From an uncultured Spirochaetota bacterium (GTDB lineage: Bacteria > Spirochaetota > Spirochaetia > SZUA-6 > Fen-1364): a DNA stretch of 18,927 nucleotides. The position numbers and the translations under genes are program-made. The notes beneath the pieces were generated by a model. The model had not been told where the DNA came from, searched no databases, and worked only from the letters and a program-made list of their open reading frames with translations. How positions within the stretch are numbered: position 1 is the stretch's first letter; each line of letters opens with the position of its first letter. The stretch is taken from the NCBI GenBank assembly GCA_963745235.1, contig CAVUXE010000006.1, positions 1 through 18,927 of the forward strand. Reading direction: 5' to 3'. Below, piece by piece: positions 1 to 8,234 of this stretch.

Positions 1-508
1 TCTTCGCGATCACTTCCGGCGCCTCCGGCGACGTCAAAAAGCGGCCGCCGTGGAAGGACGCCGCAGCTGCAATGTGATCGGGAAAGCTACACGCGGCAAG
101 GATCGCGATGCCGCCGCCCATGCAGTACCCGGTACACGCGACCCTGTGTGCGTCCTTGACTTCTGGTCTGCCCGCGAGGAACTCCAAAAAAGTCTCGGTG
201 TCGCGCATCGCGCTCTCATCGGTCACCGCACTCACGATCTTCATCAGGCGCTCCATCTCTGCACCGCCGGAGAACACTGTCCTCACATCAAATGGCACGA
301 ACTCGCCCGAACGCCAGAACATGTTTGGCAAGAGTACGTAGTAGCCATTCGACGCGAGCCGGTCGGCCATCTCGAAGAGTGTTGGGCGCCAGCCGAGACC
401 GTCCATGAAGAAGAGCACCGCGGGCCAGGAACCAGCGCCGGCCGGATGGGAGATGTATGCGTCGGCCACGCCGTCCTTCGTTCGAATCTCGATCTTGGTT
501 CCGTTCAC
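1..508 (-). CDS. Dienelactone hydrolase family protein (alpha/beta hydrolase), C-terminus beyond left edge
   Basis: Manual translation from GTG at 508 (not in the ORF track because the frame is open to the edge): MNGTKIEIRTKDGVADAYISHPAGAGSWPAVLFFMDGLGWRPTLFEMADRLASNGYYVLLPNMF...TGYCMGG...AAAASFHGG. GYCMGG nucleophile elbow and SFHGG are typical of DLH. Confidence 0.9.
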   Translation of the reverse strand, partial: MNGTKIEIRTKDGVADAYISHPAGAGSWPAVLFFMDGLGWRPTLFEMADRLASNGYYVLLPNMFWRSGEFVPFDVRTVFSGGAEMERLMKIVSAVTDESAMRDTETFLEFLAGRPEVKDAHRVACTGYCMGGGIAILAACSFPDHIAAAASFHGGRFLTSPEAPEVIAK

Positions 509-671
509 CGCTCTAATTTACGTACAACACTGTGATCGGTCCAATTCCGGTGGTAATCCTGAGCTCGATCTGCAGCCCGAAGTTGACTCAAGCGGGATGT
601 TATGCATACTACTACTTCTTCTCGACCCTTATGCCCAAAAAAGACAACTGTAACGCTGTCGACAAAGATAT

Positions 672-694
672 GCCGTCGGACGTTTGCCGACGGC
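672..694 (-). terminator. Probable intrinsic terminator hairpin of the 712-1020 gene
   Basis: Perfect 8-bp stem GCCGTCGG/CCGACGGC with a 7-nt loop, ~18 nt after the stop; followed on the minus strand by ATATCTTT (weak U tract). Confidence 0.55.
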
Positions 695-711
695 CTTATA
701 TCAGTTTTCCA

Positions 712-1020
712 CTAAAAATTGAGATCAAGCTGGATGCTCAAACCGCTTTTTCCACCATCATCTCTCTCATCGTTATGCCACTGATACCAATCGTGCCACA
801 GTTGGGCATGGTCTTTACGCCACTTAATGTCCTCCGTTCTAGCCCCACGATGTGCCTGCCATTCACGGTCATATTCTGACCATTGTTTGGAATGAGACTT
901 CCATACCTGAGCGTGTTGTTGCCTCCACTTTTGATCATGCTTTGCATAAGTATCAGCATAGGCCAAAGAGGAGAGGCCAACAGCCAGAATGACAGCTACA
1001 AGGACTACAAGCCGTTTCAT
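712..1020 (-). CDS. Small secreted His/Trp-rich hypothetical protein
   Basis: GGAGGT SD upstream of ATG 1020; Sec-type signal MKRLVVLVAVILAVGLSSLAYA; mature part rich in W/H with repeat KWRQQHAQVW / KWRKDHAQLW. Confidence 0.8.
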   Translation of the reverse strand: MKRLVVLVAVILAVGLSSLAYADTYAKHDQKWRQQHAQVWKSHSKQWSEYDREWQAHRGARTEDIKWRKDHAQLWHDWYQWHNDERDDGGKSGLSIQLDLNF

Positions 1021-1069
1021 TTGATACCTCCGGTGATTTTTAATGGTACCCCACCCCATACTTTCTTTC

Positions 1070-1095
1070 TGGACCTACCCCGAATTCGTGGACAC
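1070..1095 (+). mobile_element. Solo IS3-family-like terminal inverted repeat
   Basis: TGGACCTACCCCGAATTCGTGGACAC fits the TG..CCT.CCCC..N..GTGGACAC pattern of IS3-family ends; no transposase follows and no partner IR was seen in the window. Confidence 0.55.
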
Positions 1096-1116
1096 AGGGC
1101 TAAAGGGGCATGAGAT

Positions 1117-1404
1117 TTACCGGCAGAAAGAGCAAAGCCTCGCGCGACCTTTGCTTCGGCGTGTGAACCTGACGGCTTCCAAAATCCCTCAGCGAAATCC
1201 TTCAGAGTAATGCTGGTTTTGTGTTCACGACGTGACCAGGCGCTTCTCACACCATCGTACTGCGTCATCTCGATTGAAAAATCCAGTTGAAATTGCGCTT
1301 TTGTACTTGCCGGATTCGCTTCGAAAGCGTGCGTAATAGACGTGCCGGTTTTTGCCTTTGGTGGGGCGCTTGTGAATGCTATAGGGATTCTTCCGACGTT
1401 CCAT
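1117..1404 (-). pseudogene. Frameshifted, truncated N-terminus of a tyrosine integrase (arm-binding region)
   Basis: AGGAG SD then ATG 1404: MERRKNPYSIHKRPTKGKNRHVYYARFRSESGKYKSAISTGFFNRDDAVRWCEKRL (stop at 1225), continuing in another frame as TSITLKDFAEGFWKPSGSHAEAKVARGFALS. Resembles N-termini of spirochaete-type integrases (VYYxRF..STG..A..WC; TLxDFAxxFW). No catalytic domain present. Confidence 0.65.
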
Positions 1405-1423
1405 GGCATCTCCTGTTCTGGCT

Positions 1424-1609
1424 CAGGGTCAGAGCCAGTGTCAGAGTGAAGAGGTGGACGTCCATGCCTTCACACGTGCATGTCCTTTCACTGTGTCTTT
1501 CTGCGTCTATTTGTAGATTGGCGAAGTACATAAGTCAAGCAAGTCGTGCTCTCAACGTCGCAGTGAAGCCCTGTGTGTTCGTGCTCAGGGTCACACTCAG
1601 AGTCACAGT
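1424..1609. repeat. Two pairs of 12-bp-period direct repeats (integrase arm-type-like sites)
   Basis: CAGGGTCAGAGC-CAGTGTCAGAGT (1424-1447) and CAGGGTCACACT-CAGAGTCACAGT (1586-1609); GCTCAGGGTCA is identical at 1421 and 1583. Confidence 0.65.
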
Positions 1610-1933
1610 GCGCAAAGGTCAGGTTCGGCGAACATGACCTTGGCACTTCAAACAGGCCAAAGATGTAGCAAATGGACACTCCCATTTCCTGAAAGCGAGA
1701 TTCCGAACTTGTCAACCTGCTCGTGTTCGAAATTGCCGGTTTTGGACGAGCACGTCGAGCGACCCAGGCAGCCATCGAGGTTTTGAACCGGCACCCTGAC
1801 AAGAAATTCCTACCCCCATAGAGACCGCAGCGAGCCCCTCCATTACCGCAACGGGGTACCTTTGCAGTGTCGGCATCGGAGCGGTACTTTAGCGGAGGCT
1901 TCTGTTTCGGGGCAATTCCCAAGGAGGAGTTCC

Positions 1934-3187
1934 GTGAAGAGGACGCGAATCGGTGTCATTCTCTCTCTTGCGCTGTTTCTTGGTGGAGCGATCGCAGGCC
2001 AGGCCGCGGACGTCACCATCACGTACTGGCAGTACTTCTACCAGTCCAAGGTAGACCTGATGAACGACCTGATCCAGCAGTTCGAGGCCCGGAACCCCGG
2101 CATCCACGTCGAGCAGGTAACATTCCCGTACGAGAGCTACCTGCAGAAAGTGGCCGCGGCTGTCCCGGCCGGCGAGGGACCGGATGTGATCAATCTCTAC
2201 TACGGGTGGCTCCCCCTCTGGGTCAAATCGGGCTACCTGCAGGCGCTCCCGGAATCAGCCTTCAGCAGCGCTTACCTCGCAAAGACCTTCTATCCCTTCG
2301 TTGCCCAGTCCGTGAGCTTCGGCGGAAAGAACTATTCCGTGCCGACAGCGGTACGGACCCTTGCCCTCATCTACAACAAGAGGCTCTTCAGGGAGGCGGG
2401 GCTCGATCCGAACGTCCCGCCCAGGACCCTCGACGAGCTCCTGGCGGACGCGAAGAAGCTCTCCAAGTACGACGCGCAGGGCAACCTGGTGCAGTCCGGG
2501 CTCCTCATGCAGCCCAGCGGCCAGGGACACGTCTGGATCAGGGAGGTTCTCTTCCGGCAATTCGGGGCGACGCCCTACAGCGCGGACGGCCGCAGGGTGA
2601 CTTACAATTCGCCGGCGGGCATCCGGGCGTTCCAGTGGTACATGGACAGGATCACGAAGGACAAGGTGGGCTACCCGAACTTCTCCACTGACGACCCCAC
2701 CGCGTTCACTGCCCAGAAGGGAGCAATGAACATCGATGGATCCTTCCGCATCGCCACCTTGAACGCGGTCAAGAACCTCGAGTGGGGAGCCGCGGAGCTT
2801 CCCACCTACAAAGGCATCAAGTCGAACTTCGCCTCCTTCTGGACGAACGCCATTGTGAGCGGCGTCTCCGGGGCGAAGCTGGACGCCGCGGTCAAGTTCC
2901 TCGCCTTCCTTACCTCACCCGAGGTCCAGGACCAGTGGCTGAAAAAGGTCGGCGAGCTCCCGGCCACCCCGAGCCTCTCGGATCGATACCAGAATGACCC
3001 GGTGATCAGCGTTTTCCTGAAGGGGCTTGCGTACGCCCACGCCACCTCCTACGTGGACGAGGCAGGACAGCGCGCCATCCTCGACGACGCGGTGGACGAG
3101 GTGAACCTCAAGAAGGCGGATCCCGCCGCGGTCCTCAACGCGGCTGCCGCGAAGGAGCAGAAGCTCATCGACGACTTCTGGAAGTAG
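1934..3187 (+). CDS. Carbohydrate ABC transporter (CUT1) extracellular solute-binding protein
   Basis: AAGGAGGAG SD before GTG 1934; signal peptide; SBP_bac_1/8-type motifs FEARNPGIHVE, GEGPDV, LIYNKRLFREAGLDP..PPRTLDEL, AAVKFLAFLTSPE. Confidence 0.93.
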   Translation: MKRTRIGVILSLALFLGGAIAGQAADVTITYWQYFYQSKVDLMNDLIQQFEARNPGIHVEQVTFPYESYLQKVAAAVPAGEGPDVINLYYGWLPLWVKSGYLQALPESAFSSAYLAKTFYPFVAQSVSFGGKNYSVPTAVRTLALIYNKRLFREAGLDPNVPPRTLDELLADAKKLSKYDAQGNLVQSGLLMQPSGQGHVWIREVLFRQFGATPYSADGRRVTYNSPAGIRAFQWYMDRITKDKVGYPNFSTDDPTAFTAQKGAMNIDGSFRIATLNAVKNLEWGAAELPTYKGIKSNFASFWTNAIVSGVSGAKLDAAVKFLAFLTSPEVQDQWLKKVGELPATPSLSDRYQNDPVISVFLKGLAYAHATSYVDEAGQRAILDDAVDEVNLKKADPAAVLNAAAAKEQKLIDDFWK

Positions 3188-3195
3188 GAAGACGA

Positions 3196-4083
3196 GTGAC
3201 ACTCACGGCCCGACGCGCAGCAATCGCGTATGCCTTCCTGGGCATACCGCTCGTATTCTTCGTGGGCGTGCGCTTCGGGCCCATGCTCTACATGATCGCG
3301 ATGAGCTTCACGGACTGGGGTCTTCTGCGCAAGGCGATCCATGTCGTGGGGCTGGCGAACTACGCGACGATCTTCGCCGATCCGGTCTTCCTGAAATCCC
3401 TGGTCAACACCGCGAAATACGCGGTGGTCGGCGCGCCGGTGGTCATCGTCCTCAGCCTGTGGATCGCCCTCATCCTCAATCGCGTGTCGAAGGGAAAGGG
3501 CGTCTATCGACTGATCTATGTGCTCCCCTATATCACGCCCGTGGTGGCCGTCGCGTGGGTATGGCGATGGATGTTCCAGTCGCCGCCCCTTGGCGTCATC
3601 AACGCGATCTTCGTCTCCGTGGGGCTCAGGGCCCAAGAGTTCCTCAACAGCCCCACGCAAGCCCTTCCGTCCATCCTTGCCGTCAACGTCTGGATCGAGC
3701 TCGGCTACTGCACGATCGTCTTCCTGGCGGGGCTCCAGACCATCCCGTCCAGCATCATGGAAGCCGCACGCATGGACGGCGCATCGGGGTGGCGGCTTCT
3801 CCGCGGGATCACCCTTCCCCTGCTTCTGCCAGTGACTCTTCTGCTGGTCGTGGTGGAGGGAATACAGTTCCTGCGGATATTCACCCAGGTCTACAACCTG
3901 TCGTACCAGGCGTTGGGCGGGCCGCTGGATTCCACCAAGTCAGCTGCGCTCTATATCTACCAGAAGGCCTTCACCAGCTTCGATATGGGCGTGGCAGCGA
4001 GCGCGAGCCTCGTGCTGTTCGTGATCATCCTCGCCGTTACTGTTGTCCAGCTGAGGCTCTTTGACTCGAGGCTTGACTACTAG
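3196..4083 (+). CDS. Carbohydrate ABC transporter permease 1 (MalF/UgpA-like)
   Basis: Six hydrophobic segments; EAA loop LAGLQTIPSSIMEAARMDGASGW; VGLANY motif. Confidence 0.93.
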   Translation: MTLTARRAAIAYAFLGIPLVFFVGVRFGPMLYMIAMSFTDWGLLRKAIHVVGLANYATIFADPVFLKSLVNTAKYAVVGAPVVIVLSLWIALILNRVSKGKGVYRLIYVLPYITPVVAVAWVWRWMFQSPPLGVINAIFVSVGLRAQEFLNSPTQALPSILAVNVWIELGYCTIVFLAGLQTIPSSIMEAARMDGASGWRLLRGITLPLLLPVTLLLVVVEGIQFLRIFTQVYNLSYQALGGPLDSTKSAALYIYQKAFTSFDMGVAASASLVLFVIILAVTVVQLRLFDSRLDY

Positions 4084-4916
4084 TGGCCGCAACGAAGGGA
4101 CGCACGCCGGCTGCTGCCCCCGCCTACGTGGCATTGTCGCTCCTCTCGGTGATCATGCTCTTCCCCTTCCTCTGGATGCTCCTGTCGAGCTTTAAGGACG
4201 CGACGCAGATCTATGAGATGACGCTTTTCCCCTCGAACCCTACCCTCGACAACTACGTCTCCATCCTCCTGGCCAGGAACTCCCGTTTCCCCCAGTGGTT
4301 TCTCAACAGCGCGATTGTCGGGGTGGCCACCACGGCGTCCGTACTGCTCTTCGATTCGCTCGTCGGCTACACCCTTGCCAAGTTCCGGTTTCCCGGCAAG
4401 CGGATCATCTTCCTCCTCATCATCAGCACGCTCATGATCCCGACCGAGATGCTCGTGATCCCCTGGTACGCGCTGGCCAGGGCACTCAAGTGGGTCAACA
4501 GCTACTGGGGCATCATGTTCCCGGGCATGATCAGCGCCTTCGGCGTCTTCCTGATGCGCCAGTTCATGGGCACGCTGCCGGACGACCTCATCGACGCGGC
4601 GCGGGTCGACGGGAAGGGTGAGCTGCGGATCTTCTTCACCGTCGTCCTCCCCCTTGTAACGCCGGCCCTCGCGATCCTCGCGATCTTCAACTTCATCGGC
4701 AACTGGAACGCCTTCCTCTGGCCCTTGATAGCGGCGGCAACACCGCGCATGTTCACCCTCCCCGTCGGGCTTGCCAATTTCTCCGGCGAGGCAGGCAGCA
4801 ACTGGCAGTCCATCATGACCGCTGCCACGGTCTCCATGCTGCCCCTGGTCATCGTCTTCCTCGTTTTCCAGAAACAGATCGTCAAGGGCATCGCACTCAC
4901 TGGGCTGAAGGGGTAG
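4083..4916 (+). CDS. Carbohydrate ABC transporter permease 2 (MalG/UgpE-like)
   Basis: PFLWMLLSSFK, PTLDNY, EAA loop LPDDLIDAARVDG, WNAFLWPL; start overlaps the previous stop. Confidence 0.93.
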   Translation: MAATKGRTPAAAPAYVALSLLSVIMLFPFLWMLLSSFKDATQIYEMTLFPSNPTLDNYVSILLARNSRFPQWFLNSAIVGVATTASVLLFDSLVGYTLAKFRFPGKRIIFLLIISTLMIPTEMLVIPWYALARALKWVNSYWGIMFPGMISAFGVFLMRQFMGTLPDDLIDAARVDGKGELRIFFTVVLPLVTPALAILAIFNFIGNWNAFLWPLIAAATPRMFTLPVGLANFSGEAGSNWQSIMTAATVSMLPLVIVFLVFQKQIVKGIALTGLKG

Positions 4917-4921
4917 TGTCT

Positions 4922-6361
4922 ATGAGTATCGCCTTCTCGAGCGTCTACGTCGAGCACGTCCTGGACCCGGGCTACCGGAACTGGAAGAGACTCTACTACG
5001 GCGACCTGCTTGCCGTGCACAAGGCCCACCTCATCATGCTCCAGGAGACAGGCATCGTGTCCAGGACGGCCGCGGCGGCGATAAAGGCTTCCATGGCTGC
5101 TATCGAGGCCGGCACGGCATTCCCGGATCACCTCCCCGAGGGGTTGGAAGACCTCTTCTTCTTCTACGAGAAGGAGCTCGATCGTCATGGAGCAGGGAGG
5201 TCCGCTTCCCTTCACACAGCGCGCAGCCGAAACGACATGGACACGACGGTCTTCAGGCTCGCCCTGAAGCGCGAGCTCCGCGATCTCGTGGGCCGCCTGG
5301 CCTCGTGTGCAGGGACAATCCTTCAACGCGCTCGCGCCGGTGAGAGTGAGCTCACCATCCTCTCCACGCACGGGCAGCCCGCCAACGTCTCGACGATGGC
5401 CCACTACCTGAGCGCCTTCCTCCTCGATTTCCTGGAAGGAACCGAGTCCCTCGTCACGGCCATGGGATCCACCGACCGCTGCTCCCTCGGGGCCTGCGCG
5501 ATCACCGGCACGGGTTTCGCCATAGACCGCGACCGCACCTCGCATCTCCTGGGGTTCAGATCTCCCGTCCCCAACAGCTACCAGGCCATTGCGACGTCGC
5601 ATTGGCTTACAAGTCCCGCGCAGGCGCTGCAGCTCATCCTCTCTGACACGGGGCGCCTTGCCGCCGATATGATTCACAAGGCAGCCGCCGAAGTGGGGCT
5701 CTTCGTGTTCCCCGACGATCTTGTGCAGACAAGCAGCATCATGCCGCAAAAGCGCAACCCGGTGATCCTCGAGCACATACGCATCCAGGCGGGGCTCGCG
5801 GCAGGAGCCTGCGATTCGGTCGTGCGCCTCTTCCGGAATGTTCCCTACCAGGACGTGAACGAGGCAGCGGACGCCCCGGTGAGCGAGTTCCTCGACTCGC
5901 TTTCCCACGCGCGCTCCTGCGTGGCGCTCCTGGAGTTGGCGGTCAGCAAGGTCGCCTCCAGCCAGTCACGTGCACGTGAGATAGCGGTCACGCAAGGGGT
6001 GACGACGACCGAGCTCGCGGACACCTTGGTCCGCACCTGCGGCATCAGCTTCCAGAACGCGCACCACGCCTGCGCCGCTTTCGTCCGTTCGGGGTACGAC
6101 AAGACCCGGCTGCGGGAGGCATTCAGGGAGAAGGTGGGCAAGGAGCTCCCCCTTTCGGACCATGAGATCGATGAGGCGCTGCAGCCGGAACATTTCGTCG
6201 CGGTGAGGAAGACCTTGGGAGGCCCTGCGCCTGGTGGGATGGCGTCTGTGTACGATGCTATTGCAGCGGCGATGGCACGGATCGACGTGGCAGTCGTCGA
6301 GATGGACGAGCGCGGTCGTTCGGCCGCCGCGGAGCTCGCGGCCGCATGGGCCAGGCTATGA
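4922..6361 (+). CDS. Argininosuccinate lyase-like protein (fumarate lyase/aspartase superfamily)
   Basis: Conserved regions LHTARSRND, THGQPA and the signature SSIMPQKRNP; LGACAITGTGFAIDR. Start is ATG 4922 or GTG 4916. No arg genes nearby, so not labelled argH. Confidence 0.85.
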   Translation: MSIAFSSVYVEHVLDPGYRNWKRLYYGDLLAVHKAHLIMLQETGIVSRTAAAAIKASMAAIEAGTAFPDHLPEGLEDLFFFYEKELDRHGAGRSASLHTARSRNDMDTTVFRLALKRELRDLVGRLASCAGTILQRARAGESELTILSTHGQPANVSTMAHYLSAFLLDFLEGTESLVTAMGSTDRCSLGACAITGTGFAIDRDRTSHLLGFRSPVPNSYQAIATSHWLTSPAQALQLILSDTGRLAADMIHKAAAEVGLFVFPDDLVQTSSIMPQKRNPVILEHIRIQAGLAAGACDSVVRLFRNVPYQDVNEAADAPVSEFLDSLSHARSCVALLELAVSKVASSQSRAREIAVTQGVTTTELADTLVRTCGISFQNAHHACAAFVRSGYDKTRLREAFREKVGKELPLSDHEIDEALQPEHFVAVRKTLGGPAPGGMASVYDAIAAAMARIDVAVVEMDERGRSAAAELAAAWARL

Positions 6362-6394
6362 GACGGGGAAAGTACTTCTAATAGAGCGAGCGAG

Positions 6395-6914
6395 GGAATC
6401 TTCGCCTCGCTGAGCGGATTCCAGCTTGCGTTCAACCTGCTGCTGCAGCTCGGCCGGCAGTGGACTCCGCTACGCACCAGCCTCACCTTGATCCCCTGGA
6501 CGCTCGGCAGCGCCGGCGCTGTGCTCGTCAAGAAACTCGGCCGCGCCACCCTGCAACCTCGGCATCGCCATCATCGGCCTGCTCGCACTGTGGTTAACCA
6601 TCGTCCGCTGGAGCGACAGGCTGATCGGGACGAACACCAGCGCGACTTCATCCTTGGCGCCGCCACCACCGAAGAGGTCGGCACCGGCTCAGGTATGTTC
6701 AACGCCGTCCAGCAGTCCGCCGACGCCATTGGCGTTGCCTCCCTCGGCACAGCGTTCTTCGCTCACGTCGGACCCGGCGGAAACGCAGACTTTAACAACG
6801 CCGGATGCTCGTAATCGAGATTGCCGCCGTGCTGTACATGGTCACCTTCACTCTGGTGTGGCTCCTACCGAAGCACGTCCAGCGAGCAGAAGGCTGATTG
6901 CAAAGGAGCGCTAG
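6395..6914 (+). pseudogene. Degraded C-terminal fragment of a DHA2-type MFS transporter
   Basis: Fragments in shifting frames: SGFQLAFNLLLQLGRQWTPLRTSLTLIPW, KLGRATLQ, GTGSGMFNAVQQSADAIGVASLGTAFF, FTLVWLLP; no start and internal deletions. Confidence 0.7.
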
Positions 6915-6996
6915 TCAAATGTTTTACTAGAGGTGGAGAAGATGGCGTCGTTTAGGGTGAAATCAGCAAGTCCTTGTGAGAGAAGCAGTTTGCGAT

Positions 6997-7053
6997 TGCC
7001 CGGAAGAGGACTTGAACCTCCACACCGTTCCCGGCACTAGACCCTGAACATAG
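6997..7053 (-). tRNA. 3' half of tRNA-Leu(CAG) only (att-site remnant, not a functional tRNA)
   Basis: Minus strand: CTATG-TTCAGGG-TCTAG-TGCCGGGAACGGTGT-GGAGGTTCAAGTCCTCT-TCCGGGC-A = anticodon loop CAG, long variable arm, T-arm GTTCAA, acceptor 3' strand, discriminator A. D-arm and 5' acceptor strand are absent. Confidence 0.85.
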
Positions 7054-7179
7054 AAAGGGCGTCTTCTTCCACTTTCGGGCTTGTTCCGATTTCTAGCCTT
7101 TGCCCTTGCTAGGAAAGGATTTAGCGCCAAATGAGCTTTCGTGTCAATTCGGTCTGATCCCTCTGTTTTCGTCCCTTAT

Positions 7180-7199
7180 TGGCTACATTTCTGGCTACA
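7180..7199. repeat. Tandem TGGCTACA direct repeat, probable integrase arm-binding sites
   Basis: TGGCTACA at 7180-7187 and 7192-7199 (12-bp period), ~130 bp inside the att core. Confidence 0.65.
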
Positions 7200-7384
7200 C
7201 TACTGGAAAGCCCTTTGACCTGTGTGAAAGACTCCGCCCCGACGATTGATCATACCTCCGCTTCTGCATCGCCTGAAGTCAAAAAAAGCTACAAAGTGTG
7301 ATTCAGAAAGAGTGATCAGCGCCGATCACGCCGCCTCCATGACGGGCCGCAGCCTCACGGAGTTCGGGCACCCTCCCCTCCGCG

Positions 7385-7786
7385 CTAAAGGACACGAAGG
7401 TCATTCGGTTCGTGCGGTTCGAATCCGTTGCCGCCTACGCCGAACCTGAGTTCCCGTCCCACAAGCTTGCCCCTGAGCAGTTGGACAAGTTGTGTAGTGA
7501 TCCTGATTCGATCGTTTGCTTTCAGGGCGAGCGCGCGAACATCGAATCCCTGTTTGCCGTACCGACCGATCTTCACGATCATGAGTAACTTTCTTCGGGC
7601 ACCTGGATACCCCACCCTGTATGTTCCAGGTAGTCCGAAATCGCGGGGTACCGTGGCGTGCTTCACGTTCCGTAGGGAAGTACCTTGTACCGCCCGAGCT
7701 TTCCTTGAGATGTTGTACTTGATATCCGAAACCCGACCTTTGAACACCGAGGCTTGCAGTCGCCCATAAACTTCTCTGGACGTCAC
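7385..7786 (-). CDS. Basic hypothetical protein (133 aa)
   Basis: Strong SD (GAGGAGGAG) just upstream; K/R-rich; no recognisable motif. Confidence 0.6.
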   Translation of the reverse strand: MTSREVYGRLQASVFKGRVSDIKYNISRKARAVQGTSLRNVKHATVPRDFGLPGTYRVGYPGARRKLLMIVKIGRYGKQGFDVRALALKANDRIRITTQLVQLLRGKLVGRELRFGVGGNGFEPHEPNDLRVL

Positions 7787-8234
7787 AGTGTCGCTCCTCC
7801 TCTTTGGGTTGCCAGCGCAAATGTTGCCATTTTGCGCTGGACATATAAAGCTACTTGCCCTACATCTGCTGGCACGATCACAGCCTGATGGCAGCGTGAG
7901 AGCTATAGCACCGAGGGTGCATTCCTATCTGACAACCCTATCTCGTAAGTGTACCCCGTTTCCCTTTCTTCCCTGACTCCCACGTGCTACCATGAATCTT
8001 GTTACGGAAACCCCAACTGCGGCCCTATGAAGTCGTCCTTTTCGAAGCTCGAACTCCTTATGGACGTGGGGAGGCACCCCTGTGAAGCGTACCTGGAATT
8101 AAACCTTGGCTTTCAGACAAACACGCAGTCGCTGGTTCAGACTGGCAGCATAGACCCACTTGCGTTGCTTGGCTAAGGGTTCTCATGACTATGGGCAGAA
8201 TCGAAGTACTGCCTGGATAAGGAGGAGGGAACAT

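Noticed and set aside
50-535. 161-aa plus-strand ORF
   Set aside because: Antisense shadow of the dienelactone hydrolase gene.
1017-1409. 130-aa minus-strand ORF as an intact gene
   Set aside because: Mosaic of an out-of-frame integrase relic, an IS end and intergenic DNA.
1615-1640. Hairpin AAGGTCA-GGTTCGGCGAACA-TGACCTT
   Set aside because: Real inverted repeat, but no U-tract or assignable gene context; function unsupported.
1867-6549. Long alternative ORFs (274, 203, 201, 468, 234 aa) over the ABC/lyase operon
   Set aside because: Shadow frames typical of high-GC coding DNA; no motifs.
6997-7080. Complete tRNA-Leu gene
   Set aside because: No D-arm or 5' acceptor strand upstream of the anticodon arm.
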